DNA of 64,000 bases, from the sequence record PZ583739.1. One strand, given 5' to 3'. The position numbers and the translations under genes are program-made. The notes under the pieces are model-generated. The model searched no databases. It was not told where the DNA came from and saw nothing but the letters and a program-made list of their open reading frames with translations. This DNA comes from a phage. Below are positions 41,669 through 50,676 of the stretch, in pieces. How positions within the stretch are numbered: the first letter of the stretch is position 1; each line of letters begins with the position of its first letter.

Positions 41669-41671
41669 AAT

Positions 41672-41869
41672 TTATTCACCAAAATAAGAGATACGAACTG
41701 CCAGTATATGAGCATAAGCGCCCATCGCGTCGAGTTGTGCAATCAAAAGACCTTGTTGACGGATGTCAAGAGTTTCAAAAACACCGCCCTTAATAAATTC
41801 TTCAAGAGCATTGATTTTCAAAACCAGCTGGTCGTATTCTTCAACTACACGTGCTTGGAAACCTAACAT
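41672..41869 (-). CDS. hypothetical protein
   Basis: 65-aa ORF; hairpin GGGGC-cgaa-GCCCC (41882-41895) just upstream. Confidence 0.4.
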   Translation of the reverse strand: MLGFQARVVEEYDQLVLKINALEEFIKGGVFETLDIRQQGLLIAQLDAMGAYAHILAVRISYFGE

Positions 41870-41902
41870 AAAGCCTCATTAGGGGCCGAAGCCCCGATTA
41901 AT

Positions 41903-42874
41903 TTAAAATTGTTCAGTTACATCATCAAGGACCAGGTAACCACAGACCCTCATCTTACTATCCCCATAATCCACCGGGATACTTACAACATCACGCGGGT
42001 GAACTTTACAGGATACGATGCGTCCATCACCATGACCAAAACCACTTCCGATATAGCCTTTAGAGCAAACATGCAACCCGGTTGAACAGGTCTGTTCGTC
42101 ATTGTCATTCACACGAGAGCGCGGCATTTTAACATATTGACCAGGGCTGTTGTCGAATGTGTTTGAGTGACAATCTTTGTAAGTTGCACGAACCATTTTC
42201 CATGCGATGAAATGACCGTCTTCGGTGATTTCGATATCGTTTGCAACCAGGAAGTCAAACAAACGCTGTACAGCTTTCTCACTCGGATTCTCAAGGAGAT
42301 TCTCAAGGAACGGCAGATAGAATTCAAAGTCTTCACCATTTTGCATTGAATCAATGATACGAGTAACCAGGCCAGAGCGCAGTTCAATTCCCTGATAGAA
42401 CAAACTACCACCTTCAATACGCACATCACCTTTCACATATTTTTGTACTGCAGCTTTGATTGAGATAAACTCGATAGCATCTTCATAACGGAATTCAATC
42501 AATGCCTGAATAATATCATCAAAGTGTTTATGGTCTTTTGTTGCGTTCCAGACTGTACGGCCTTCAGTGATGGAAACGAATTTACTCGATGCGTTCCATA
42601 CGATTTCCGGGCGGCTTCCACCGATTGTATCAGTAACCGGGACTTCAACCGTTACTGTCACCGGAGCATTAATCGCCACGCCAACAGCTGCTTTCAGTGA
42701 TGCAGAAATGGTTTTAGCTAATTTTGATTCTTTATCATTTTTCAAAACGCGGCGAATGGTGTCGACGGACACGGCAAAATATTCTGCCAATTCAGGCTGG
42801 GTATAATTGCCTGTTGAATACATCTGGACCACATCAGCTTGTTCGGCTTTAGACATACATTTGATATTAAACAT
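41903..42874 (-). CDS. rIIB: rIIB protein
   Basis: 323 aa; MFNIKCMSKAEQADVVQMYSTGNYTQPELAEYFAVSVDTIRRVLKN... and C-terminal ...HPRDVVSIPVDYGDSKMRVCGYLVLDDVTEQF match T4 rIIB as remembered. Confidence 0.9.
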   Translation of the reverse strand: MFNIKCMSKAEQADVVQMYSTGNYTQPELAEYFAVSVDTIRRVLKNDKESKLAKTISASLKAAVGVAINAPVTVTVEVPVTDTIGGSRPEIVWNASSKFVSITEGRTVWNATKDHKHFDDIIQALIEFRYEDAIEFISIKAAVQKYVKGDVRIEGGSLFYQGIELRSGLVTRIIDSMQNGEDFEFYLPFLENLLENPSEKAVQRLFDFLVANDIEITEDGHFIAWKMVRATYKDCHSNTFDNSPGQYVKMPRSRVNDNDEQTCSTGLHVCSKGYIGSGFGHGDGRIVSCKVHPRDVVSIPVDYGDSKMRVCGYLVLDDVTEQF

Positions 42875-42875
42875 A

Positions 42876-45110
42876 TTATTCCTTATTGGCCGCTTCCACG
42901 GCCTTCATGATTTGAGCAACGTTCTGTACTTGTTCAGTTGACATAGCGTTACGGTTATATAAAAAGTGTGAAACAATCGGGTGATTCTTTTCAAATTCAA
43001 AAACCATTTTATCGCTTGTTACTGAAGCGTTTTTGGTCAGGTCGTAATAAATCTTATTACAAAGGACCAGTGTTTCCTGCATGGTTTTATCAACCGTTCC
43101 ACTGTTATATGCGTTATAAGCAAAGAACTTATTGAACTGCATTAGTTCGGCATAGTCAGTATTCACATCTTTCTGAACATCTTTTGCATAAAAATACTTG
43201 AACATAAAATTCAGTTCTGCATATTCAGACAGGATAGGAATATAATAACGCGAACGGCTTGAAGCGGCAATGTACTGGTCCACATCAACCGCATCAATCA
43301 ATTCTACATAACGATTGACCGCAGCTTCAATCAGACAATCACACTGCGTCAGCTTGGTAACCTTTTTCTGAAGCTGTGGACGAATAACACAGAATTCATT
43401 GATTTCCAACAGGTTTGCCAGTTTACACAATGTCTGGGTCCCGAAGGTCGTGGTGCCATATTCCTGATTCAACGGGGAAATGCTACTGCGGTTAATGAAT
43501 ACAGCATAACCATCGATTTCCTCTGCATCAGCTGCACATGTAAATTCTTCAACAGACTGCCATTTGCCATTAGTTTTAGTCCAACGAATCACCGATGGAG
43601 TCTTTGACTTAACACGCTCTTTCGGGTCCGCAACCGGAATCCAGTCTTTTACAAGGGCAGTCAGTTCAGACGTACGATAGATATTAACTGTATCGCCTTT
43701 AAATCGTTCCTGGAGTTGAACCATCAACCGTGTTTGAATTTCGCTGGTCGGGTCAACAAACAGTAAACTACTACCCTGACGAGTCGGGACTTTACCAGAT
43801 GCAATAAGCTTTTTGGCTTTTGCACTGGTATCATACAACATTGAACTGATACCGCGAATCATCGCAATTCGCCCTTTAACATCATCAATAACAATGTTCA
43901 AGGTATCATTCTGAATACCAAACATGCTCGTCAGACTTGCTGTGTTCGAGTTTGAGCTTGAGTTGCGCAGACGTTTCAGACGAGTGTCACGATAGATATC
44001 ATAAACAACCCCGGCATTAATAAGGTCTTTGTCCAGCTCGAACATTTCGTACATCTGGTTAAAGGTCAATTGTGATTTCGTAAATTTCGTTTCAGCATTA
44101 CGAGCTTTCAGAAAATTACGAGCTTCATAATTCAGATTCTGCAATTCGCGATATGTATGGCGGAGACATTCTGATTCCTGCCATTTCTTACAATCGTCTT
44201 CCATGACTTTCTTATCAAGGGTTTCAATACGTTCAACGATATTTGCGACCGTACGTTTGTCCAGCGATAATGCTTCACGAGAAGGTGCGATATCCAGCGA
44301 ACCCATCGGGAACTTAATAAAGACAACATCATTTTTGGCAGTCATCCAGGTTTTCTTTGTATACCCGCCATCAATCGGATAAACAATTCCGCCATAAATT
44401 GCATAAAGTCCATAACGTTCTGGGCTGCTATAATCAATACGCTCTGGAGCATAATAATCATCAAATTCCGGGAAATAATTAATTTCGCCTACGCCTTGTA
44501 CTTCAGCCAGTCCAGCAAATGGGCGCATGATATATGCAATCTCGTGGCGGAACTTACCAAAATCATTACTATCAACCGGGACAACAACTTCAATCCCTGT
44601 GCGGTCGCCAGGTTTCATTGGTTCGCTAAAGGTTGGCTTAATCTGTGGACCATCGCCGTCCATATAAGCGACATAACCATTAACTTGACCATCATGATAT
44701 GAAATCAGGCTAAACGTCTCTGTATAACTGAACGGAGATTTAGAACCCAGACCAAAGCCACCAATAAAATCGTTGGATTCAGCCTTGGATGATGCAAAGA
44801 AACTGTTATACAGACCTGGGGTATTTTCATCACCACGAATCTGGAAATCACTCATACCTGGACCAAAGTCACGACATACAAAACGTGGGTCCAGTTCGCC
44901 AGGAGCTTGAACAATGAATTTATCCTGACAGCCATTGAGCATATGAGCATCAATCATATTGGTAATCAGCTCACGAACAACCGCGCGCACCTTGTTTGTA
45001 TAAAGGTCGCTGGTCAGAATCTTAAACACCTTTGGAGATGCCTGGATTGTGAATGCTGATGCTTTGGCACCATTACCAAGGATTGTTTCTTTTTCAGTTT
45101 CTAAAATCAT
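42876..45110 (-). CDS. rIIA: rIIA protein
   Basis: 744 aa; MILETEKETILGNGAKASAFTIQASPKVFKILTSDLYTNKVRAVVRELITNMIDAH... matches T4 rIIA as remembered. Confidence 0.92.
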   Translation of the reverse strand: MILETEKETILGNGAKASAFTIQASPKVFKILTSDLYTNKVRAVVRELITNMIDAHMLNGCQDKFIVQAPGELDPRFVCRDFGPGMSDFQIRGDENTPGLYNSFFASSKAESNDFIGGFGLGSKSPFSYTETFSLISYHDGQVNGYVAYMDGDGPQIKPTFSEPMKPGDRTGIEVVVPVDSNDFGKFRHEIAYIMRPFAGLAEVQGVGEINYFPEFDDYYAPERIDYSSPERYGLYAIYGGIVYPIDGGYTKKTWMTAKNDVVFIKFPMGSLDIAPSREALSLDKRTVANIVERIETLDKKVMEDDCKKWQESECLRHTYRELQNLNYEARNFLKARNAETKFTKSQLTFNQMYEMFELDKDLINAGVVYDIYRDTRLKRLRNSSSNSNTASLTSMFGIQNDTLNIVIDDVKGRIAMIRGISSMLYDTSAKAKKLIASGKVPTRQGSSLLFVDPTSEIQTRLMVQLQERFKGDTVNIYRTSELTALVKDWIPVADPKERVKSKTPSVIRWTKTNGKWQSVEEFTCAADAEEIDGYAVFINRSSISPLNQEYGTTTFGTQTLCKLANLLEINEFCVIRPQLQKKVTKLTQCDCLIEAAVNRYVELIDAVDVDQYIAASSRSRYYIPILSEYAELNFMFKYFYAKDVQKDVNTDYAELMQFNKFFAYNAYNSGTVDKTMQETLVLCNKIYYDLTKNASVTSDKMVFEFEKNHPIVSHFLYNRNAMSTEQVQNVAQIMKAVEAANKE

Positions 45111-45117
45111 GTTTTTC

Positions 45118-45321
45118 TCACTTTATGTTACGTTTGATTAATTCTGCAACTTCAAGAAGTTCATCCTTTGTTGCGGTGTCTGAAGCTATTTTAATACGGA
45201 TTTCTTTGAAGCGTTCTTTAAACTCTTCAGCTTCTCTTATATCAAAAAATCGTTGGATAACACGGTATTCTTTATGGATAGCCTTATCAAACAGTTCCAT
45301 ATTAACTTTGAAGTTCGTCAT
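45118..45321 (-). CDS. hypothetical protein (rIIA.1 position)
   Basis: start set to ATG 45321 (SD GGAG); track start is TTG. Confidence 0.4.
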   Translation of the reverse strand: MTNFKVNMELFDKAIHKEYRVIQRFFDIREAEEFKERFKEIRIKIASDTATKDELLEVAELIKRNIK

Positions 45322-45586
45322 TTCCAATCTCCTGCAATATTTTTCTCATACTACGCATGGTAGCTTTATGTTCTTGGCCATGGTATATCAATGCAAGGAG
45401 TGCTTCAATTCGCTCCTCAGGGACCTTCTGGCCAGCCTTAATGCTCATGGCTGTTGTTCTTACCGCTAACAAGTAACTTCGCTTCCTGTCGTTATCTGGG
45501 AGCCCCTGCACCTTCCTCAGGCCTGCTTCCATAATACACCGTGCGACATTTTGCAGATTAACTAAACTTCCGTCAGACATAATCAT
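45302..45586 (-). CDS. hypothetical protein
   Basis: 94-aa ORF. Confidence 0.45.
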   Translation of the reverse strand: MIMSDGSLVNLQNVARCIMEAGLRKVQGLPDNDRKRSYLLAVRTTAMSIKAGQKVPEERIEALLALIYHGQEHKATMRSMRKILQEIGNDELQS

Positions 45587-45634
45587 ATTTTCACCTCAAA
45601 GACATATTAACACACTTTTTGTGGCTTGTACATA

Positions 45635-45656
45635 ATAAAAAAGGACCCGAAGGTCC
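45635..45656 (-). terminator. rho-independent terminator
   Basis: GGACC-cgaa-GGTCC with flanking A/T runs. Confidence 0.55.
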
Positions 45657-45662
45657 TTTTGG

Positions 45663-45815
45663 CTACTCAACTTTATAGACTTGCCCATATGCGGTATAGT
45701 ATTCACCATCCCAGGTCTCGCACATAATGGTGACAAAGGATGCAAACAGAGGTTTAGTCTCGGCCCACAGATAACCGTATTCGCCATTTGACAACGTAAC
45801 CCACCACTTTTTCAT
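45663..45815 (-). CDS. small protein (50 aa), not in ORF track
   Basis: ATG 45815 after SD GGAGAAG; MKKWWVTLSNGEYGYLWAETKPLFASFVTIMCETWDGEYYTAYGQVYKVE. Confidence 0.35.
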   Translation of the reverse strand: MKKWWVTLSNGEYGYLWAETKPLFASFVTIMCETWDGEYYTAYGQVYKVE

Positions 45816-45857
45816 GGACTTCTCCTATAAGACGGGAGAATATTCTCCCGTATCTAT

Positions 45858-47690
45858 TTATAGCGTCGCATTCATCCAGTCTTTACGCTGCTGGGAATCT
45901 TTACCGAATAGCATTTCGAACAGTTCTTTCCAATTGTCGGGCAATTGAACAACTTCGAATACTGGCTCGAGCAATACGCGTTTGTACTCTGAATCTTCCA
46001 GAGAACCAAGCCCCTTGATATATCGAATGGTATGCTTCGGAAGTTTATCCTTAGCTTCTTCGTAATCAGGAAGAGAATAGAACCATTCTTGTTTATCTTT
46101 GAGCTGTGCAATAATAACAGGAGTTTTCACAAAGCGAATTCGTCCTTCATGGAACAGCTCTGGCCAGTTACTGAAAAACGCCAATAACGATGGATAGATA
46201 CTACCAACACCATCCACATCCGCATCTGTCATGATAGCAATGTTTCGGTAATTCATATTCTCGGCCGGTTGTCCAATCGTTAAACCAGTAATCGCACACA
46301 CATCAAAGGCTTCAGCGTTCTTCATAACTTCAACAGCTTTCAGACCCCATGTGTTTTTAAACTTACCACGTAACGGATAAGCACCTTGCAATTCACGGTC
46401 ACGAACCTTGATAAACGGACCCGTTGCAGAATCTCCTTCGGTCAGGAATAGAGTCGTTTCCAGCTTATCATTACCCCATTCGTTGGCTTTGATATGCTTT
46501 TGTACCTTGGCCTTTGAAGCTTTCTTATTTGCTTTAGTCTCTGCTGCTTTCTCTGCAGCCAATTTACGAGCCAATGCAGCTTCAATGATAGGCGTCAGAA
46601 TAGCTTCTGATTTTAACAACGAACCAGCTAACTTTTTGCCATCAACCTGGATATGTGATTTAATTTCACCGGCAGGTGAAGTCAATCGCTCCTTAGTCTG
46701 GGAATCAAATCGCATGTTCTTCATATTGCGAATAAACATCAACAATGTAATACATTCTTTAACGCGTGCTTTGGTTACTTCAATTTTATACTTGCGTTTA
46801 ATCGCCGGGATTAACACATCACACATTTCATCCATAACACATTCAATATGGTGACCACCATTTTTTGTATGGATTCCGTTAACATAAGTCACATGACGGA
46901 AACCATCGGGTGACCGACCAATTGCAATTGAGCAATTATCTTGTTCCTGAATAATGATTTCATCATCGTATTGCTTGGCATATTTTTTAAAGTGACCTTG
47001 CACTTTTTTACCATTGAACTTGAATTCGATATCCGGATAAATGACTGCAAGAGTCTGGATTTGGTCAAGCATAATTTGGACATATGTTTCGTCAAAACCA
47101 GACGTTTCAAAATTCGAAAAATCCGGAATAAATTTAACTTTAGTTCCTTGCAACTTTGATGGTTTTGATTTCCATGAAATATTATCAAGTCCATTTGAAC
47201 AATTAACGGTTAATTCATTTTTCCCATCTGATGTAGTGCCTGTGAACAATATTGAAAAAATATTGGTAAGACTGGACCCAACTCCGTTCATCCCAGTGGT
47301 AACACGATTTGCATCATCACTAAAGTTTCCACCCGAACGAACCTTGGTCCATGCAGCGACCGGCCCAGGAATTTCTTCGCCTTCTGGGGTTACAACAATC
47401 GCCTGTGGAATGCCTCGACCATTATCTTCAACGGTCACTTCGTTTGTTTTGATATCAATATTCAATGAAATTTTGTTTGCAAATTTAAAATTGGTGCGAA
47501 TAGCTTCATCAATAGAGTTATTTGCAATTTCTTCGATTAATTTAATTAAACCTGGAACGTATTGAACCTTTTTATATTCACCAAACAGAAAAATTTCTTT
47601 GTCTTCATTGGTAACACTACCGATGTACATTGATGGGCGAGCTTTTACGTGAGCTACATCAGAAAGGATTTGAATTTCATTCTTAATCAT
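45858..47690 (-). CDS. 39: DNA topoisomerase II large subunit (fused gene 39+60 equivalent, GyrB-like)
   Basis: 610-aa continuous ORF; ATPase motifs ...EDNGRGIP..., TOPRIM ...TLFLTEGDSA..., C-terminus continues through the region that is gene 60 in T4. Confidence 0.9.
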   Translation of the reverse strand: MIKNEIQILSDVAHVKARPSMYIGSVTNEDKEIFLFGEYKKVQYVPGLIKLIEEIANNSIDEAIRTNFKFANKISLNIDIKTNEVTVEDNGRGIPQAIVVTPEGEEIPGPVAAWTKVRSGGNFSDDANRVTTGMNGVGSSLTNIFSILFTGTTSDGKNELTVNCSNGLDNISWKSKPSKLQGTKVKFIPDFSNFETSGFDETYVQIMLDQIQTLAVIYPDIEFKFNGKKVQGHFKKYAKQYDDEIIIQEQDNCSIAIGRSPDGFRHVTYVNGIHTKNGGHHIECVMDEMCDVLIPAIKRKYKIEVTKARVKECITLLMFIRNMKNMRFDSQTKERLTSPAGEIKSHIQVDGKKLAGSLLKSEAILTPIIEAALARKLAAEKAAETKANKKASKAKVQKHIKANEWGNDKLETTLFLTEGDSATGPFIKVRDRELQGAYPLRGKFKNTWGLKAVEVMKNAEAFDVCAITGLTIGQPAENMNYRNIAIMTDADVDGVGSIYPSLLAFFSNWPELFHEGRIRFVKTPVIIAQLKDKQEWFYSLPDYEEAKDKLPKHTIRYIKGLGSLEDSEYKRVLLEPVFEVVQLPDNWKELFEMLFGKDSQQRKDWMNATL

Positions 47691-48483
47691 TTTTGACCTC
47701 TAAATTTTTAGTATAACCTAAACATTTCCAACTGGACCATTTTACATCATCGGAATTGCAGCGTTTTCGTAATGTAGGATAACTAATACCAAGAACTTCG
47801 GCGGCTTCTTTTCGGGTTGTGAATATGACCCCATTTATAGAGTACGTTTTAGCCTCGGGATTTTTATCACCAGAGAATAATTTTGATAATTTATCTTTGT
47901 GTTCAAGAGAAAGATGTTTGCCAAAGAAATGATGATTTTCGCCTGCTTTACGCAGGGAGACATTATAACCAAAATCATCGGGGTATGGCTTTCTTTTAAC
48001 ACCAGTTCCATATATTCTATTATATTCGGTTTTATCTAACAGTTTATTCCGTTTTTTAACGGCTTCGCCTTTAAGTAAATTAATTTCCGCTTTTCTTGGA
48101 TGATTGGACATTGTGTCACCACCAAAATCCGCCAACGTTATATTATAACCGTTTTTGATAGAATTTAATTCAGTTATCCAGAAACTTTCTCTTTTCAAGA
48201 AATATTTTTTATTATAAACTTCTATATTTTCTATTAGTTTGCATACAAATGATTCTTTACCGTATTTGTCATATGCAAACTGTAAATGGCTGTTTATGCC
48301 AACACCTTTGGATAAATTCCGAAAATGCGTGGCAATTCTACGATGAAAATCATTTGAACTTCCTATATAATATTTTTGAGATATTAAATTATAAATTATA
48401 TAAATCCCACTATTTCCACTCGATGGTGGAATATAATCAGGAAATTTATTTTTTATTATCCCGAATACTTCATTAATCATCAT
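47683..48483 (-). CDS. free-standing GIY-YIG homing endonuclease (mobile element)
   Basis: 266 aa; N-terminal GIYIIYNLISQKYYIGSS...R...N; basic linker with repeated motifs and C-terminal helix-turn-helix-like ...TTRKEAAEVLGISYPTLRKR; stop overlaps gene 39 start by 8 nt. Confidence 0.8.
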   Translation of the reverse strand: MMINEVFGIIKNKFPDYIPPSSGNSGIYIIYNLISQKYYIGSSNDFHRRIATHFRNLSKGVGINSHLQFAYDKYGKESFVCKLIENIEVYNKKYFLKRESFWITELNSIKNGYNITLADFGGDTMSNHPRKAEINLLKGEAVKKRNKLLDKTEYNRIYGTGVKRKPYPDDFGYNVSLRKAGENHHFFGKHLSLEHKDKLSKLFSGDKNPEAKTYSINGVIFTTRKEAAEVLGISYPTLRKRCNSDDVKWSSWKCLGYTKNLEVKND

Positions 48484-48528
48484 CTTTCCTCTTGTGTATG
48501 GAGGTATTATAAGTCACATGTTTTAAAG

Positions 48529-48546
48529 CAAAAAGGCCCGAAGGCC
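48529..48546 (-). terminator. rho-independent terminator upstream of the homing endonuclease gene
   Basis: GGCC-cgaa-GGCC with flanking A/T runs, between the 48549 gene and the HEG start. Confidence 0.5.
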
Positions 48547-48548
48547 TT

Positions 48549-48947
48549 TTATTTGAATCGAAGCTGCTCTAACATTTTAATAGCTTGTAGACGGCCGGCT
48601 TCAGTTTTAACCGTAATAATAACATCGCCGCCAGTAACAACGATATCCTCTTTTGATTCCTGTTCGGTTATTTCAGAATCACATTCCGGGACTTCTTCAA
48701 AATATTTAAATTCATCACCAAAAATAAGACCGGTTCCATTACGACTATGGAAAGAAAATCCAGTTCCATCGATAGTACTAAATTCCGTAACAACATTTGC
48801 TTCCATCTTAGTGACTGAAAACTCTTTGGTAGTAACCAAATCAATGATAGAGGTTCCCTGTTGGTTCAAAATGCTACCAGGCATACCAACATGTTTAAGG
48901 AAGCCATCTAAATCTTTAATGTGATAACTCTTTCCAATTTTAAACAT
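48549..48947 (-). CDS. hypothetical protein
   Basis: 132-aa ORF. Confidence 0.5.
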   Translation of the reverse strand: MFKIGKSYHIKDLDGFLKHVGMPGSILNQQGTSIIDLVTTKEFSVTKMEANVVTEFSTIDGTGFSFHSRNGTGLIFGDEFKYFEEVPECDSEITEQESKEDIVVTGGDVIITVKTEAGRLQAIKMLEQLRFK

Positions 48948-48954
48948 AATATCC

Positions 48955-49215
48955 TCATTCGAATCGGATGGTTGAATTCTTAAACAGCAATCCAGAACAA
49001 ACAGTTCCTTTAACTTTCTTACCAGTTGGCCCTACGGCCGTAAAGCCTGTGTGTTGGAAATCATCTTCAGAGCAACCCAACCAGTTATAACCGGTGATTT
49101 GGATTTGTTCATAGCCGTTTGCATCTAATACACGAATGGCATTATCTGCATCAGTACAACTAGCCAATGAAACCGCCAGTACCAGTGCTGCAATAGAACG
49201 ATTAATGTATTTCAT
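48955..49215 (-). CDS. small lipoprotein
   Basis: 86 aa; signal peptide with lipobox LASC; several Cys in mature part. Confidence 0.5.
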   Translation of the reverse strand: MKYINRSIAALVLAVSLASCTDADNAIRVLDANGYEQIQITGYNWLGCSEDDFQHTGFTAVGPTGKKVKGTVCSGLLFKNSTIRFE

Positions 49216-49221
49216 ATATCC

Positions 49222-49395
49222 TCACTTCAAAAGGTCGTAAAAACCGCCATTAACATGTTTAGGAGCCGAGACTAACCGAACAGCCAGCCGATGGCAATCA
49301 GGACAAACATCATTATCTCTTTCAGAGATTTTCTTGATTTTTTCGTATTCTTTCGCGCAGTCATTGGATTGACATTTGTAATCATAAAGTGGCAT
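49222..49395 (-). CDS. small zinc-ribbon protein (57 aa), not in ORF track
   Basis: MPLYDYKCQSNDCAKEYE...CPDCHRL: paired CxxC motifs; its TGA stop sits in the lipoprotein gene SD. Confidence 0.4.
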   Translation of the reverse strand: MPLYDYKCQSNDCAKEYEKIKKISERDNDVCPDCHRLAVRLVSAPKHVNGGFYDLLK

Positions 49396-49396
49396 G

Positions 49397-49771
49397 TTAT
49401 TCCTTAAAGTGTGCTTTCAACATCTGGTAAACGGTCCAGGCTTCAGAGTTATTAGAAATGGTGATTTTAGTCAAAGGGAATTCGCTTGGTTCAAATGCTT
49501 CATCAGCGTCTTCGCATTCATCTTCAGTATCGTCATCTTTTTCTTCTTCAAAGAAACGACGCTCATCTTCCTTTATGAATATTCTCTCTATTCCACCGGT
49601 CGAAAATTCTATCCGATATACATCACCACCTTCAATTCCGACTGGTCTAAATCCTTCACCATTGATTATAGCATCAGCTATATTATCATTATCAGAGCAT
49701 AACAAACGAAATCTGCTTTCAGCAACATTATCTTTAAAATAATACCATTTATCAGTTTCAAATTTCAACAT
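49397..49771 (-). CDS. hypothetical protein with strongly acidic segment
   Basis: 124 aa from ATG 49771 (SD AAGGAGA); contains EDERRFFEEEKDDDTEDECEDADEAFEPSE. Confidence 0.45.
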   Translation of the reverse strand: MLKFETDKWYYFKDNVAESRFRLLCSDNDNIADAIINGEGFRPVGIEGGDVYRIEFSTGGIERIFIKEDERRFFEEEKDDDTEDECEDADEAFEPSEFPLTKITISNNSEAWTVYQMLKAHFKE

Positions 49772-49988
49772 GATAAGTCTCCTTCCAAAAATCTGTGCCA
49801 TCTTCTGATTCTTCGCGGAACAGCGCATAGCTAGGTAGTTCTGCATCTTTATCTGCGTACACATAAATGATGTCAGTGGTACAAAGAAATTCATTGATGT
49901 TTTTCTTCACAATCACTTTATCACTTTCAGCAGTGTCCCAGAACTCTTCAGCAGTCAGGGAAGTGGTCACACAATTTTCATTAAACAT
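49758..49988 (-). CDS. hypothetical acidic protein
   Basis: 76-aa ORF. Confidence 0.45.
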   Translation of the reverse strand: MFNENCVTTSLTAEEFWDTAESDKVIVKKNINEFLCTTDIIYVYADKDAELPSYALFREESEDGTDFWKETYHVEI

Positions 49989-50036
49989 AATATTCTCCTC
50001 ATTGATAGGGTAATTTTACCCTATCATTTTTATAAT

Positions 50037-50597
50037 TTAGGCACGATGAATATCAGCATACTCAACGATAAAGCTTTCAGGAACCACCTTAAAGGTTCCA
50101 AGGAACACGATGTTATAGAGCTTAACGCCTTCTTCAACCCACTGGTCTGTGATGTAACCAGACATGCTAGTGGTTTCATAAGTACCAAAAGGTTCGTCAA
50201 CATATTCAAACGGTTTAGGTGAAACAAAAAAGACACCTTTGCCCAATTTCCATTTAAAATCAACCCCAACATGAGACTGGTCAATGGTTTCAACGTCTTG
50301 AGCAATTACGCCACGGATATCATTGCTTTCGCACACATATCCATCATGGGATTCAACTTCTTCAACCACAGGGAGGTTGGCGGCAGTAATAGCAGTTGAT
50401 TCCAGGAATTTAGCACGAACATAAGCGAATTGAGTTTCAGTCTGACCATTTTTGGGAATGATACGCACCTTTACTTCATTATCAGGATGGTCAACAAAAA
50501 TATCAGCACGAATACTGACAACCTCAACAAAACGTCCAGCGGCTCTTGAACGAGATTTTTTGGATACGCGAACGATTTCGCCAGCTTCAACTTTCAT
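50037..50597 (-). CDS. hypothetical protein, paralog of the 50677-51429 product
   Basis: 186 aa; C-terminal GYITDQWVEEGVKLYNIVFLGTFKVVPESFIVE matches GWVTDQWIEDGVELLNVVHAGEFTVVPRSMVVE in the neighbour. Confidence 0.5.
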   Translation of the reverse strand: MKVEAGEIVRVSKKSRSRAAGRFVEVVSIRADIFVDHPDNEVKVRIIPKNGQTETQFAYVRAKFLESTAITAANLPVVEEVESHDGYVCESNDIRGVIAQDVETIDQSHVGVDFKWKLGKGVFFVSPKPFEYVDEPFGTYETTSMSGYITDQWVEEGVKLYNIVFLGTFKVVPESFIVEYADIHRA

Positions 50598-50633
50598 AAT
50601 TTTCTCTCTTGGTTAATAAGTTTATTCTCCAGT

Positions 50634-50669
50634 GGGGTCATTATACTCTGACCCCAAGAGTTTGTACAC
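50634..50669 (-). promoter_or_regulatory. early promoter with stem-loop (PeSL-like)
   Basis: near-identical copy of the 38882-38917 element: GGGGTCA / TGACCCC around TATAAT, GTGTACAA upstream. Confidence 0.5.
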
Positions 50670-50676
50670 TTTAAAT

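Noticed and set aside
45302-45586. Possible gene 60 with T4-style translational bypass element
   Set aside because: The topoisomerase large subunit is one continuous ORF (45858-47690), so there is no split gene 60 and no bypass; this ORF is an unrelated small gene.
46408-47565. Several plus-strand ORFs (46408-46854, 46941-47159, 47041-47565)
   Set aside because: All antisense within topoisomerase gene 39.
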